Below are positions 39,364 to 47,035 of a stretch of 64,000 nt of DNA, piece after piece. The first letter of the stretch is position 1; every line of letters begins with the position of its first letter. The stretch is from Bacteroidota bacterium (GTDB lineage: Bacteria > Bacteroidota > Bacteroidia > NS11-12g > UBA955). The notes under the pieces are model-generated. The model made no database searches. It worked only from the letters and a program-made list of their open reading frames with translations, and had not been told where the DNA came from. The translations under genes and the position numbers were made by a program. The stretch is from the NCBI GenBank assembly GCA_947451105.1, contig CANFXY010000002.1, forward strand, positions 1,845 through 65,844, written 5' to 3'.

Positions 39364-39802
39364 AATTTTAGCTTTAATTTTAGGGTTGGCAATATTTGCT
39401 TCTTGCCAAAAAAACAACATTAACAATGACCCCATTGCCGATGTTCCTGTCAATATTACAATTAATATGGCACTACCATCTTATAGCCATTTATTAAATG
39501 AAGGTACCTTTGTATACGAAAATGGCGGGGTAAAAGGCGTTGTTGTCGTTCATTACCAAAATGATGAGTTTTATGCATTTGATAGAGCATGCAGTTACCA
39601 ACCGAGCAATTCATGCGCAAAAATTGAAGTTGACAGTTCTTTTAATGTATTTAGATGTGGTTCTACCCAAACAACGGGATTTGAAAAATGCTGTGAATCA
39701 AGATTCTTTATGAATGGTCAAGTATTAAATGGGCCAGCTACTTTTGGCTTAAAACAATACCAAGTTATTAAGAATGGAACAGAATTGTCCATAAAAAATT
39801 AA
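39356..39802 (+). CDS. hypothetical lipoprotein (Rieske-like fold suspected, metal ligands absent)
   Basis: MNKILALILGLAIFASC lipobox; see the finding for this gene. Confidence 0.5.
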   Translation: MNKILALILGLAIFASCQKNNINNDPIADVPVNITINMALPSYSHLLNEGTFVYENGGVKGVVVVHYQNDEFYAFDRACSYQPSNSCAKIEVDSSFNVFRCGSTQTTGFEKCCESRFFMNGQVLNGPATFGLKQYQVIKNGTELSIKN

Positions 39803-39843
39803 AAAAAAATTAAAAAAATTCTTTCTAAAGTAAAACATTTTAA

Positions 39844-39851
39844 TATATTTG
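39844..39851 (+). promoter_or_regulatory. candidate -7 box (TAnnTTTG)
   Basis: TATATTTG, 38 nt before the ATG at 39890. Confidence 0.4.
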
Positions 39852-39889
39852 TCGGGTTATATCAACAAATCACTATTAAAAAGCAGCTT

Positions 39890-41425
39890 ATGATAAAGAG
39901 AAAATTACTAGTTACTATCATTGCACTATTGTCTGTTCATCAGGCTTTTTCGCAATCTGCAGAGAGACGACTTGGAATAGAAATCAACGGTGGAATTAAT
40001 GAATACCAAGGTGATCTAGGATCTGCCTTGTTCTTTGCTAGAAAGCCAAACTACCAAGGAATTGGTGGATCTATCAGTTACTATCTAACACCAAATATTG
40101 ACCTTTCATTCTTTGGTTCAGGTGGTGATGTTGGATACTACACTGCACTTCCATACGTAGATCCTGAGTTTAAATATCTACAATTTAGAGCAAATGTTGC
40201 CACAGTAAACGGTGGTATACGTTTCAAGTTCTTAAAAGATAAGCCGTTTACTCCATACATCATGTTAGGATTAGGTGGTGTATACTTGCATAGCAATGTA
40301 AGCCGTGATGCTAATTCATACACTGGTGCCGCAGGTAATGCTGCAGCTGGTTTTGGTTTCCAATTCAATGTAAACGAAAAGTTTGGCATTAGATTACAAT
40401 CTATGTTCAACTACACTTTCAATGATATTTGGGATGGTGAGCCTTATGCTTATTTAACACATACAAGAAATAAAGACAATGACATGTTCGCATTTCACTC
40501 TTTAGGTTTCTTCTATAACCTTCCATATGGCGATGCTTCAATGGGTGGTGCAACTCAAAAAGACAAAGACAAAGATGGTGTACCTGATGCACTTGACAAA
40601 TGTTCTAAAACCCAACCTTGGGAGCTACCTGTTAACGAAGAAGGTTGCCCTAAAGATTCTGATTTGGATTCAATACCTGATTACAAAGATTCTTGCCCAT
40701 ACAACTTTGGCCCACGTAAATTTAATGGTTGCCCAGATAAAGACAACGATGGTATCATTGACAGCAAAGACCGTTGTCCAGAAAAAGCAGGACCAGTTGA
40801 ATTCCAAGGTTGCCCAGATACTGATGGTGATGGTGTCTTAGATATAGATGATGCTTGCCCTACAGTTAAAGGTCCTAAAGAATACAATGGCTGCCCTGAT
40901 TCAGATGGTGATGGTATTGAAGACAGAAAAGACAAATGTCCGAATGTTGCTGGTGCAAGAGAAGGTGAAGGTTGTCCTGACTCAGATGGTGATGGTGTAT
41001 ATGACAATAGAGACGTTTGTCCTAAAGTTGCTGGTCCAACAACAAACAAAGGTTGCCCAGAAATTCAACAAGAAGTAGTTCAAAAAATAGCTTTAGCTGC
41101 TAAAGGTATCAATTTTGAAACAGGAAGCGATATTATCAAAGCAGAATCTTACGATGATTTGGATGCTTTGGTTAAAATCTTAAATGAATACCCTGAAGCG
41201 AATGTTGCAATCGATGGCCATACGGACAATCAAGGTGACGCTACAAAAAACAAAGAATTATCTCAAAAACGTGCAAACGCTGTAATGGCATACCTAATCA
41301 ACAAAGGTGTTGCTGCAATGAGATTAACTGCTACAGGATACGGCGATTCTCAACCAATTGCTGACAACAAAACAAAACCTGGTCAAGCTAAAAACAGAAG
41401 AGTTGACTTCAAGTTAACTTATTAA
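39890..41425 (+). CDS. OmpA-family outer-membrane protein with thrombospondin type-3 repeats
   Basis: N-terminal beta-barrel; six D-x-D-x-D-G-x-x-D-x-x-D-x-C-P units; C-terminal OmpA domain (DGHTDNQGD, SQKRANAV, NRRVDF). Confidence 0.85.
   Translation: MIKRKLLVTIIALLSVHQAFSQSAERRLGIEINGGINEYQGDLGSALFFARKPNYQGIGGSISYYLTPNIDLSFFGSGGDVGYYTALPYVDPEFKYLQFRANVATVNGGIRFKFLKDKPFTPYIMLGLGGVYLHSNVSRDANSYTGAAGNAAAGFGFQFNVNEKFGIRLQSMFNYTFNDIWDGEPYAYLTHTRNKDNDMFAFHSLGFFYNLPYGDASMGGATQKDKDKDGVPDALDKCSKTQPWELPVNEEGCPKDSDLDSIPDYKDSCPYNFGPRKFNGCPDKDNDGIIDSKDRCPEKAGPVEFQGCPDTDGDGVLDIDDACPTVKGPKEYNGCPDSDGDGIEDRKDKCPNVAGAREGEGCPDSDGDGVYDNRDVCPKVAGPTTNKGCPEIQQEVVQKIALAAKGINFETGSDIIKAESYDDLDALVKILNEYPEANVAIDGHTDNQGDATKNKELSQKRANAVMAYLINKGVAAMRLTATGYGDSQPIADNKTKPGQAKNRRVDFKLTY
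40558..41040 (+). repeat. protein-level TSP3 calcium-binding repeats (6 units) inside the ompA-family CDS
   Basis: DKDGVPDALDKC, DSDLDSIPDYKDSCP, DKDNDGIIDSKDRCP, DTDGDGVLDIDDACP, DSDGDGIEDRKDKCP, DSDGDGVYDNRDVCP; these repeats produce long shadow ORFs in other frames. Confidence 0.75.
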
Positions 41426-41449
41426 TTTTAGTTTTAACAATATTTAAAA

Positions 41450-41476
41450 GGCAGGATATAATCCTGCCTTTTTTTA
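41450..41476 (+). terminator. rho-independent terminator of the ompA-family gene
   Basis: GGCAGGAT-ata-ATCCTGCC stem-loop followed by a run of 7 T. Confidence 0.8.
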
Positions 41477-41718
41477 TGTCTCATAATTTAAAATTGAATA
41501 GAAACAGTTATTATTGATAACGATCTCTTTATTATTCAAACACGCTTAAGTGCATACCACATTAAAAAAGATTATCACGACTAAACTATACGCGTTGTAT
41601 ATATAGTAATCCTATAGCTTATAAGTGATTTTAATCGCCTTAAAGGCAATCTGAAAGTATTTTAAGAAGAACTATAAAGTATTAGAATAAAATGCATTAA
41701 ATCGTCTGTTTTATACAT

Positions 41719-41752
41719 AAAAAAAGCCTCTATCAATGATAGAGGCTTTTTT
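41719..41752 (-). terminator. rho-independent terminator (bidirectional shape) after the small Cys/Lys-rich gene
   Basis: GCCTCTATC-aat-GATAGAGGC; flanked by 7 A on the left and 6 T on the right, so a U-run follows the hairpin on either strand. Confidence 0.75.
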
Positions 41753-41768
41753 ATAATATTTTAACCTG

Positions 41769-42095
41769 TTAATCTTTTTTAGTCGCAGCCTCAGTTTTCT
41801 TTTTGCAACAAGCTGATCCTTCTGCTTTGTCTTTATCACAAGAACTTGAAGCTTCTTTTTTGCAACAAGACTTCTTAGCACATTTTTTCTCAGTTGCTGC
41901 TGAAGTTGTTTTCTTTGCAGTGCTGTCATTTGTAACAACAGCTGGAGTAGATGTTTGATCTACTGCTGGTTTTGCTACTTCAATTATTGATTTAGGCTTA
42001 GAATTAGAATTCGTATTACCTGCAGCATTATCTTGTGCATGAGCGGCAAAAGACAAGCCAACGAATAAAGCGATACTTAGAATTAACTTTTTCAT
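41769..42095 (-). CDS. small secreted Lys/Cys-rich protein
   Basis: 108 aa; signal peptide MKKLILSIALFVGLSFAAHA; S/T/A/K-rich mature part; C-terminus KKCAKKSCCKKEASSSCDKDKAEGSACCKKK; strong terminator downstream. Confidence 0.55.
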   Translation of the reverse strand: MKKLILSIALFVGLSFAAHAQDNAAGNTNSNSKPKSIIEVAKPAVDQTSTPAVVTNDSTAKKTTSAATEKKCAKKSCCKKEASSSCDKDKAEGSACCKKKTEAATKKD

Positions 42096-42131
42096 TTTAT
42101 TTAATATTTAATGTTTTTAATAGGTCAAAAA

Positions 42132-42788
42132 TCAAGCCAAAGTGGCAACAACTGTTTCACCACCTTTGGTCTTTTGTTGAAGAGAAACTTCAATCTTAGC
42201 GCTTAAGGGCAGATATAAATCTATGCGTGAACCAAATTTAATAAATCCCATTTCCCCACCTTGGGTTGCCATATCACCTTCTTTAACGTAGTATACAATT
42301 CTTTTTGCCAAAGCTCCAGCCACTTGTCGGAATAAAACCTCAGCTTTTGAACCTGCTATAACAACCGTAGTTCTTTCGTTTTCTGTAGATGATTTTGGAT
42401 GCCAAGCTACCAAATATTTTCCTGGGTGGTACTTGGCATATTTAACAATTCCTGAAATTGGATTGCGGTTAACATGCACATTCACCGGACTCATGAAAAT
42501 ACTAACTTGACGGCGCTTATCTTTAAAATATTCGGTTTCTTCTACCTCTTCTATAACAACAACTTTGCCATCTGCAGGAGCAATTACATGGTTCTCATTA
42601 ATAATTGTATTGCGGAATGGATTGCGAAAAAATTGTACGATTAGTATAAAAAATACCAAAGATATTGATAAAACTATTTTGCCAACAATGTGCTGTTCAC
42701 CCAATAAAGATTGGATACCAATGTTAAGTCCAGCAAGGATTAACAAAGTGACTAAAATAATTTTATATCCTTCTCTATGAATAAGCAT
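42132..42788 (-). CDS. psd: phosphatidylserine decarboxylase (short, membrane-anchored type)
   Basis: Two N-terminal TM helices; self-cleavage-site-like FGSRIDL; VAWHPKS. Confidence 0.85.
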   Translation of the reverse strand: MLIHREGYKIILVTLLILAGLNIGIQSLLGEQHIVGKIVLSISLVFFILIVQFFRNPFRNTIINENHVIAPADGKVVVIEEVEETEYFKDKRRQVSIFMSPVNVHVNRNPISGIVKYAKYHPGKYLVAWHPKSSTENERTTVVIAGSKAEVLFRQVAGALAKRIVYYVKEGDMATQGGEMGFIKFGSRIDLYLPLSAKIEVSLQQKTKGGETVVATLA

Positions 42789-44050
42789 TAGAATACACCT
42801 CTGAATTTTTGTGTAGTAGCTACTTTATCAATAGCAACGATGTACGCGGCTGTACGCAAACTTACAACATGCTTTTTACCGGTATCGAATACCACGTCAA
42901 AGGCACTTTTCATAACTCTGTCAGCTCTTCTATTAACGCGTTCTTCTGTCCAAAAATAACCCATTCTATTTTGTACCCACTCGAAATATGACACAGTCAC
43001 ACCACCAGCATTCGCTAAAATATCTGGAACTACAATAATTCCTTTGTCATTTAAAATTTTATCAGCATTTGCACTTGTTGGTCCGTTTGCTCCTTCAACA
43101 ATTAATTTAGCTTTGATATTTCCGGCATTGGCGTCTGTTATTTGATCTTCCATTGCTGCAGGCACCAAAATATCGCACTCCAACTCTAATAATTCTGCAT
43201 TGCTAATATTTTTACCGCCTGTATATCCACCAAGGTTACCATTGTTCTTTGAATATGCCATAGCCTCTTCAACACTGATACCTTCTGGATTGTAGTAACC
43301 ACCAGTAACATCAGAAATACCTACAATCTTAACGCCAAGCATTTCAATTAATTTGGCTGAAATTGATCCAACGTTTCCAAAACCTTGAACAACGCAAGTA
43401 CATTCTTCTGGTTTTAAGCCCATTTTTGCTAAAGCAGAACGGGTGCATACCATTACACCTCTTCCTGTTGCCTCTACTCTACCCAAAGATCCTCCCATTG
43501 AAATAGGTTTACCTGTAATAACAGCAGGGGTATATTGTCCTTTTATTTTAGAATACTCGTCTACAATCCAAGCCATTTCCTGTTGACCTGTGTTCATATC
43601 TGGAGCGGGAATATCCTTGTCTGGTCCAAATACATCACTCATTGATGCAGCATAAGCTCTTGTTAAACGCTCTAGCTCACCTTTGCTCATAGATTTTGGG
43701 TCACATTTAATACCCCCTTTACCACCACCATATGGAATACCAACTACAGCTGTTTTCCAAGTCATCCATGCCGCCAATGCTTTTACCTCATCTAAAGTAA
43801 CATCCATTGAATATCTGATACCACCTTTAGATGGGCCCAGGGTTGTACTATGTTGAACTCTATGTCCTTCAAATACTTTTACTTTTCCATTATCCATAAT
43901 AACTGGTAAGTGAACAGTAACAATCTTTGCTGGATATTTTAAAGTGTCATAAGCTGATTCATCAAGGCCTATGATTTTAGCCGCTTCATCAAAACGTTTC
44001 ATCATTGAATCCAATGGATTCAAATTGCTGTGAATGGTTGCATTACTCAT
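42788..44050 (-). CDS. gdh: glutamate dehydrogenase (Glu/Leu/Phe/Val dehydrogenase family)
   Basis: PYGGGKGGI catalytic Lys motif; QGFGNVG dinucleotide fold; start moved to MSNATIHS because a -7 box lies in the longer ORF. Confidence 0.85.
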   Translation of the reverse strand: MSNATIHSNLNPLDSMMKRFDEAAKIIGLDESAYDTLKYPAKIVTVHLPVIMDNGKVKVFEGHRVQHSTTLGPSKGGIRYSMDVTLDEVKALAAWMTWKTAVVGIPYGGGKGGIKCDPKSMSKGELERLTRAYAASMSDVFGPDKDIPAPDMNTGQQEMAWIVDEYSKIKGQYTPAVITGKPISMGGSLGRVEATGRGVMVCTRSALAKMGLKPEECTCVVQGFGNVGSISAKLIEMLGVKIVGISDVTGGYYNPEGISVEEAMAYSKNNGNLGGYTGGKNISNAELLELECDILVPAAMEDQITDANAGNIKAKLIVEGANGPTSANADKILNDKGIIVVPDILANAGGVTVSYFEWVQNRMGYFWTEERVNRRADRVMKSAFDVVFDTGKKHVVSLRTAAYIVAIDKVATTQKFRGVF

Positions 44051-44082
44051 TTTTTTCTTGTTTTTATAATAGTAAAGGGTTG

Positions 44083-44090
44083 CAAATTTA
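44083..44090 (-). promoter_or_regulatory. candidate -7 box (TAnnTTTG on minus strand)
   Basis: CAAATTTA equals TAAATTTG, followed by CA on the minus strand; 32 nt before the ATG at 44050. Confidence 0.45.
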
Positions 44091-44203
44091 GTCTTTTCAG
44101 ACATTTAACAAATAATTATTATCCAAAAATATATCTAAATTGTCTAAAATCAGTTATTTATTGACATTAAAAGTCAAATATAGCAAAGGTGAATCTAATA
44201 TGA

Positions 44204-44211
44204 TATTTTTG
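44204..44211 (+). promoter_or_regulatory. candidate -7 box (TAnnTTTG)
   Basis: TATTTTTG followed by CAG; 13 nt before the leuS ATG. Confidence 0.5.
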
Positions 44212-44224
44212 CAGTTCATTTAAT

Positions 44225-46972
44225 ATGGCTACTTACGAATTCAGAAGAATAGAAAAAGATTGGCAAGCATATTGGGCTAAGCACAATACTTTTAAAACTG
44301 AAACCATCTCAGAAAAAGAAAAATACTATGTATTGGATATGTTCCCTTACCCATCAGGTGCTGGCCTGCACGTGGGTCATCCGCTTGGTTATATAGCAAG
44401 TGATATTGTTTCTAGACACAAAAGACATAATGGCTTTAATGTTCTTCACCCAATGGGTTATGATGCATTTGGTCTACCGGCAGAACAGTATGCAATCCAA
44501 ACAGGTCAACATCCTGCATTAACAACCGACGAAAATATTAAAAGGTACAGAGAGCAATTAGACCGCATTGGATTTTCATATGATTGGTCACGTGAGATAA
44601 AAACATGCGATCCAAATTATTACAAATGGACACAGTGGATTTTTATTCAATTATTCAACTCTTGGTATAACCCTAAAACCAATAAGGCAGAAAATATCCA
44701 AACTTTGGTTTCAATTTTTGAAGAATCCGGCTGTGAAACTGAAGATCTGAATTTTAGCAAAGAAGATTGGTTAGGTTTTTCTGAAAAAATAAAATCTGAT
44801 ATTTTGCTAAAATACCGTTTAGCTTTTTTAAGTGAGGCAATGGTGAACTGGTGTCCAGAATTAGGAACAGTTTTGGCAAATGACGAGGTAAAAGATGGGC
44901 TTAGTGAGAGAGGTGGCTTTCCAGTTGAAAGAAAACTAATGACCCAATGGAGCCTTAGAATATCTGCCTATGCAGAGAGACTTCTTACAGGTCTTGATAA
45001 AATTGATTGGAGTGAAAGCTTAAAAGAAGCTCAAAGAAATTGGATAGGTAAAAGTGTCGGTTGTTCTTTGAAATTCTATTCGGAAAACATAGAAATTGAG
45101 GTGTTTACAACGCGTCCAGATACAATTTTTGGTGTTACTTATCTTGCAATTGCACCAGAACATCCAAGTTTGGATTTACTATGTGTCAATGGCTTTAGAG
45201 ACCAAGCGCTAGAATATGCGGAAAAAGCAAAAAACAGAAGCGAAAGAGAAAGGCAAGCTGAAGTTAAAAACATAACAGGAGCATTTACTGGCTCTTTTGT
45301 AAAACATCCTTTTAAAAACGAACAAATCCCTATTTGGATTGCAGATTATGTTTTAGGAAGCTATGGCACTGGTGCTGTTATGGCAGTTCCAGCCCACGAT
45401 AGCAGAGATTATTCCTTTGCAAAACATTTTAACTTACCAATCAGAGAAGTTGTAAGCGGTGGAGATATTTCTGAAACTTCTTATGATGCTAAAGTTGGTG
45501 AAATTATAAATTCTGATTTTTTAAATGGTTTGTCTGTAAAGGATGGAATTAAAAGATCAATAAAAGAAATTGAATCTCTAAAGCTTGGTTTTGGTAAAAC
45601 CAATTACAGATTAAGAGATGCTGTTTTTGGAAGACAGCGCTATTGGGGTGAGCCAATACCTGTATTTTACGAGAACGGTATTCCTAAAGCATTTTCTGAA
45701 AATGATTTGCCATTAATATTGCCCGAGATTGATAAGTACCTTCCAACCGAAAGTGGTGAACCTCCTTTAGCGCGCGCTGCTAATTGGAGCTATAAAAACA
45801 ATCCTATTGAAACTACAACTATGCCAGGTTGGGCAGGTTCCTCTTGGTATTTCCTGAGGTATATGGACCCATCTAATAATAATGGAATAGCATCTAAACA
45901 AGCATTGGATTATTGGAAAGACATCGATTTGTATATGGGCGGAAGTGAGCATGCTACTGGCCATCTTTTATATTTTAGATTTTGGACCAAATTTCTATTC
46001 GATATAGGAATCATTCCTTCAGATGAACCCGCAAAGAAATTGATTAACCAAGGAATGATTCAAGGACTTTCATGTTTAATTTATCGCGTTAATCAAACAT
46101 CTAAATTCGTTTCGTTTGCACTTAAAAATCAATATGAAACAACACCAATTCATATCGATATTAAATTGGTAAACGCCGCCAACGAAGTAGATATCGAAGG
46201 ACTAAAAGCATGGAGACCATCTGAATTTTCATCAGCTGAATTTGAATTAGAAAATGGGAAATTAATTTGTGGCACCGAAGTAGGTAAAATGTCAAAAAGG
46301 TGGCATAACGTAGTTAATCCAGATGATGTTTGCAACGATTATGGCGCCGATACTTTAAGGTTATACGAAATGTTTTTAGGTCCTCTGCAGGATGCAAAAC
46401 CATGGTCAACTCAAGGAATAGAGGGTGTTCTGAGATTTTTAAGGAAATTCTGGCGTCTGTTCCATAACAATACTGAAGAAAATTTCAATGTTTCAATAGA
46501 GGCACCTAGCAAAGCTGAATTTAAAATTTTACACAAAACCATCAAGAAAATTAGTGAAGATATTGATAACTTCTCCTTTAATACCTCAGTCTCTGCTTTT
46601 ATGGTTTGTGTAAATGAACTTCAAGATTTAAAATGCAATAAAAAGGAAATATTAGAACCCCTTGTTGTTTTACTTTCACCATTTGCACCACATATAGCTG
46701 AAGAGCTATGGTCGCTATGCGGAAATACAGAGGGTGTATCTTATGCCACTTGGCCAAAATTCCAACCTGAATATTTAGTCGAAAACGAATTCAACTATCC
46801 AATATCATTTAATGGGAAAGTGAGATTTAATTTGAATTTTGCCTTAGACATTGATAACAAAGAAATGGAGGCGTCAATACTAAATAATGAGCAAACGCAA
46901 AAATACCTTGAAGGAAAAGAACCTAAAAAAATCATCATTGTAAAAGGAAAAATTGTAAATGTAGTTTTGTAG
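44225..46972 (+). CDS. leuS: leucyl-tRNA synthetase
   Basis: HVGHPLGY (HIGH), KMSKR (KMSKS); 915 aa class I enzyme with editing domain. Confidence 0.95.
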   Translation: MATYEFRRIEKDWQAYWAKHNTFKTETISEKEKYYVLDMFPYPSGAGLHVGHPLGYIASDIVSRHKRHNGFNVLHPMGYDAFGLPAEQYAIQTGQHPALTTDENIKRYREQLDRIGFSYDWSREIKTCDPNYYKWTQWIFIQLFNSWYNPKTNKAENIQTLVSIFEESGCETEDLNFSKEDWLGFSEKIKSDILLKYRLAFLSEAMVNWCPELGTVLANDEVKDGLSERGGFPVERKLMTQWSLRISAYAERLLTGLDKIDWSESLKEAQRNWIGKSVGCSLKFYSENIEIEVFTTRPDTIFGVTYLAIAPEHPSLDLLCVNGFRDQALEYAEKAKNRSERERQAEVKNITGAFTGSFVKHPFKNEQIPIWIADYVLGSYGTGAVMAVPAHDSRDYSFAKHFNLPIREVVSGGDISETSYDAKVGEIINSDFLNGLSVKDGIKRSIKEIESLKLGFGKTNYRLRDAVFGRQRYWGEPIPVFYENGIPKAFSENDLPLILPEIDKYLPTESGEPPLARAANWSYKNNPIETTTMPGWAGSSWYFLRYMDPSNNNGIASKQALDYWKDIDLYMGGSEHATGHLLYFRFWTKFLFDIGIIPSDEPAKKLINQGMIQGLSCLIYRVNQTSKFVSFALKNQYETTPIHIDIKLVNAANEVDIEGLKAWRPSEFSSAEFELENGKLICGTEVGKMSKRWHNVVNPDDVCNDYGADTLRLYEMFLGPLQDAKPWSTQGIEGVLRFLRKFWRLFHNNTEENFNVSIEAPSKAEFKILHKTIKKISEDIDNFSFNTSVSAFMVCVNELQDLKCNKKEILEPLVVLLSPFAPHIAEELWSLCGNTEGVSYATWPKFQPEYLVENEFNYPISFNGKVRFNLNFALDIDNKEMEASILNNEQTQKYLEGKEPKKIIIVKGKIVNVVL

Positions 46973-47035
46973 ACAAAACCATTTATTGATGAAAATTTGT
47001 CGTAAGCCAATATTTTAATTAATATTGAATTGTTT

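Noticed and set aside
40527-41078. Long ORFs in other frames and on the opposite strand (40527-40841+, 40848-41078+, 40681-41049-) inside the ompA-family gene
   Set aside because: These are shadow ORFs created by the GAT/GGT-rich TSP3 repeats. The ompA frame carries clear domain motifs, while the shadow frames translate to low-complexity sequence.
41711-41938. 75-aa Lys-rich ORF overlapping the Cys/Lys-rich gene in another frame
   Set aside because: It is an alternative frame of the same AAG/AAA-rich DNA. It lacks a signal peptide and runs through the terminator hairpin.
41769-42095. The Ser/Thr/Cys-rich small protein as a lanthipeptide or bacteriocin precursor
   Set aside because: It has a classical Sec signal peptide rather than a leader peptide. 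No LanB, LanC, LanM, protease or ABC-maturation genes are adjacent, and it appears co-transcribed with gdh-psd.
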